From: Dehalococcoidia bacterium
GTDB taxonomy: Bacteria; Chloroflexota; Dehalococcoidia; UBA6926
DNA: 64,000 bases
NCBI GenBank assembly: GCA_963666115.2
Contig: CAXXET010000001.1
Location: 1 to 64,000, forward strand
Reading direction: 5' to 3'
Positions 62,999 through 64,000 of the stretch are shown here, in pieces. Both the position numbers and the translations under genes were made by a program. Every line of letters begins with the position of its first letter. Positions within the stretch are counted from its first letter, which is position 1. Under the pieces are notes generated by a model, which made no database searches, was not told where the DNA came from, and saw only the letters and a list, made by a program, of their open reading frames with translations.

Positions 62999-63028
62999 CG
63001 TCTGGCAGTCTTCGCAAGAAGCAGACAA

Positions 63029-63060
63029 ACGTAGGGGCGGTTCGCGAACCGCCCCTACGT
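63029..63060. terminator. Perfect 32-bp palindrome (GTAG-type REP-like / bidirectional terminator)
   Basis: ACGTAGGGGCGGTTCG-CGAACCGCCCCTACGT between convergent etfA and fusA. Confidence 0.75.
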
Positions 63061-63082
63061 CCGTTTTGTCGGCAGGTTGCCG

Positions 63083-64000
63083 CTAGGACTCTCCGCTGCC
63101 GTCGATGATCTTTTGGGCCAGGTGCTGCGGCACCTCCTCGTAGTGGGAGAAGCGCATGGTGTATGAGGCTCGGCCCTGTGTCATCGAGCGGAGCTCCGTC
63201 GAATAGCGGAGCACCTCAGCCATTGGGGCCTCGGCCTGCACCGTCGTCACCTCATTCTCCGTCGTCATGCCCTGCACGTGGGCGCGCTTGGAGTTGAGGT
63301 TGCCGATCACGTCGCCGGTGAAGTCGTCCGGCGTGACCACTTCGAGAGTCATGACCGGCTCGAGGAGGACCGGCTGCGCCTGCTGGATGCCCTGCTTGAG
63401 GGCAGTGGACGCCGCGATCTTGAACGCCATTTCAGATGAGTCGACGGAGTGGAAGCTGCCGTCAACGAGGACGGCGCGCACGTCCACGATGGGGAAGTGG
63501 GCCACCGCGCCCTCCGGCAGGGTGTCGCGGATGCCTTTCTCCACGGCAGGAATGAAATTCTTTGGCACCGCGCCGCCGACGACCTTCTCGCCGAATTCAA
63601 AACCCTCGCCGCGGCTCAGCGGCTCCAGTTGCAGCACGACGTGGCCGTACTGCCCGTGGCCGCCGGTCTGCTTCTTGTGCTTGTACTCGGCGCGCGTTGA
63701 GATGCGGATCGTCTCGCGGTAGGGCACCTTGGGCGTGCCGGTCTCCACTTCCACGCCGAACTTGCGCGCCAGCTTGTGAACGGCAACATCGATGTGTGAA
63801 TCGCCAAGGCCGGACACGATGACCTCATGCGTATCGCTCTCGCGGGTCATCGTGAGGCTTGGGTCCTCTTCAAGCAGCCGGGCAAGCGCCGGCCCCATCT
63901 TGTCCTGGTCGGCCTTGGTCCTGGCCTCGACGGCCACACTGAAGATCGGCTCCGGGAATTGGATGGCCGGCAGGGCAATGCCGGCCTCACGCGTTGAGAG
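63083..64000 (-). CDS. fusA: Elongation factor G (probably EF-G2 paralog), C-terminal part
   Basis: EEDPSL, PKVPYRETI, KKQTGGHGQYG, GSFHSVDSSEMAFK, LLEP, LRSMTQG. Confidence 0.93.
   Translation of the reverse strand, partial: LSTREAGIALPAIQFPEPIFSVAVEARTKADQDKMGPALARLLEEDPSLTMTRESDTHEVIVSGLGDSHIDVAVHKLARKFGVEVETGTPKVPYRETIRISTRAEYKHKKQTGGHGQYGHVVLQLEPLSRGEGFEFGEKVVGGAVPKNFIPAVEKGIRDTLPEGAVAHFPIVDVRAVLVDGSFHSVDSSEMAFKIAASTALKQGIQQAQPVLLEPVMTLEVVTPDDFTGDVIGNLNSKRAHVQGMTTENEVTTVQAEAPMAEVLRYSTELRSMTQGRASYTMRFSHYEEVPQHLAQKIIDGSGES

Overview
High-GC bacterial chromosomal segment. Gene content and style suggest Chloroflexota/Dehalococcoidia-like, possibly host-associated (inference). Many single-base frameshifts in otherwise intact housekeeping genes point to an unpolished long-read consensus. 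The core backbone is pth, ligA, serA, a class V aminotransferase, ribF, aroH, trpA, proS, type-E sdhAB plus CCG subunit, mdh, icd, a transcarboxylase-like set, folP/folK, hflKC, a membrane Fe-S oxidoreductase, etfBA and a partial EF-G. The left 42 kb is interrupted by small accessory modules: five toxin-antitoxin-like pairs, a HEPN protein, a PD-(D/E)XK pair, NYN, and a 4xCache lipoprotein opposite a permease-HATPase fusion. Several of these modules are bracketed by co-oriented short palindromic repeats of four types. One repeat carries an IS5-family element in its loop and others sit inside coding sequences. Core-gene ends next to these spots show a local, synonymous G+T enrichment of the + strand. 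Other highlights: a methyltransferase with an in-frame UGA at a predicted Cys position followed by a SECIS-like hairpin (candidate selenoprotein), a FolK-endonuclease III-like fusion, and a 13.4-kb array of three mosaic fibronectin-III surface-protein genes.
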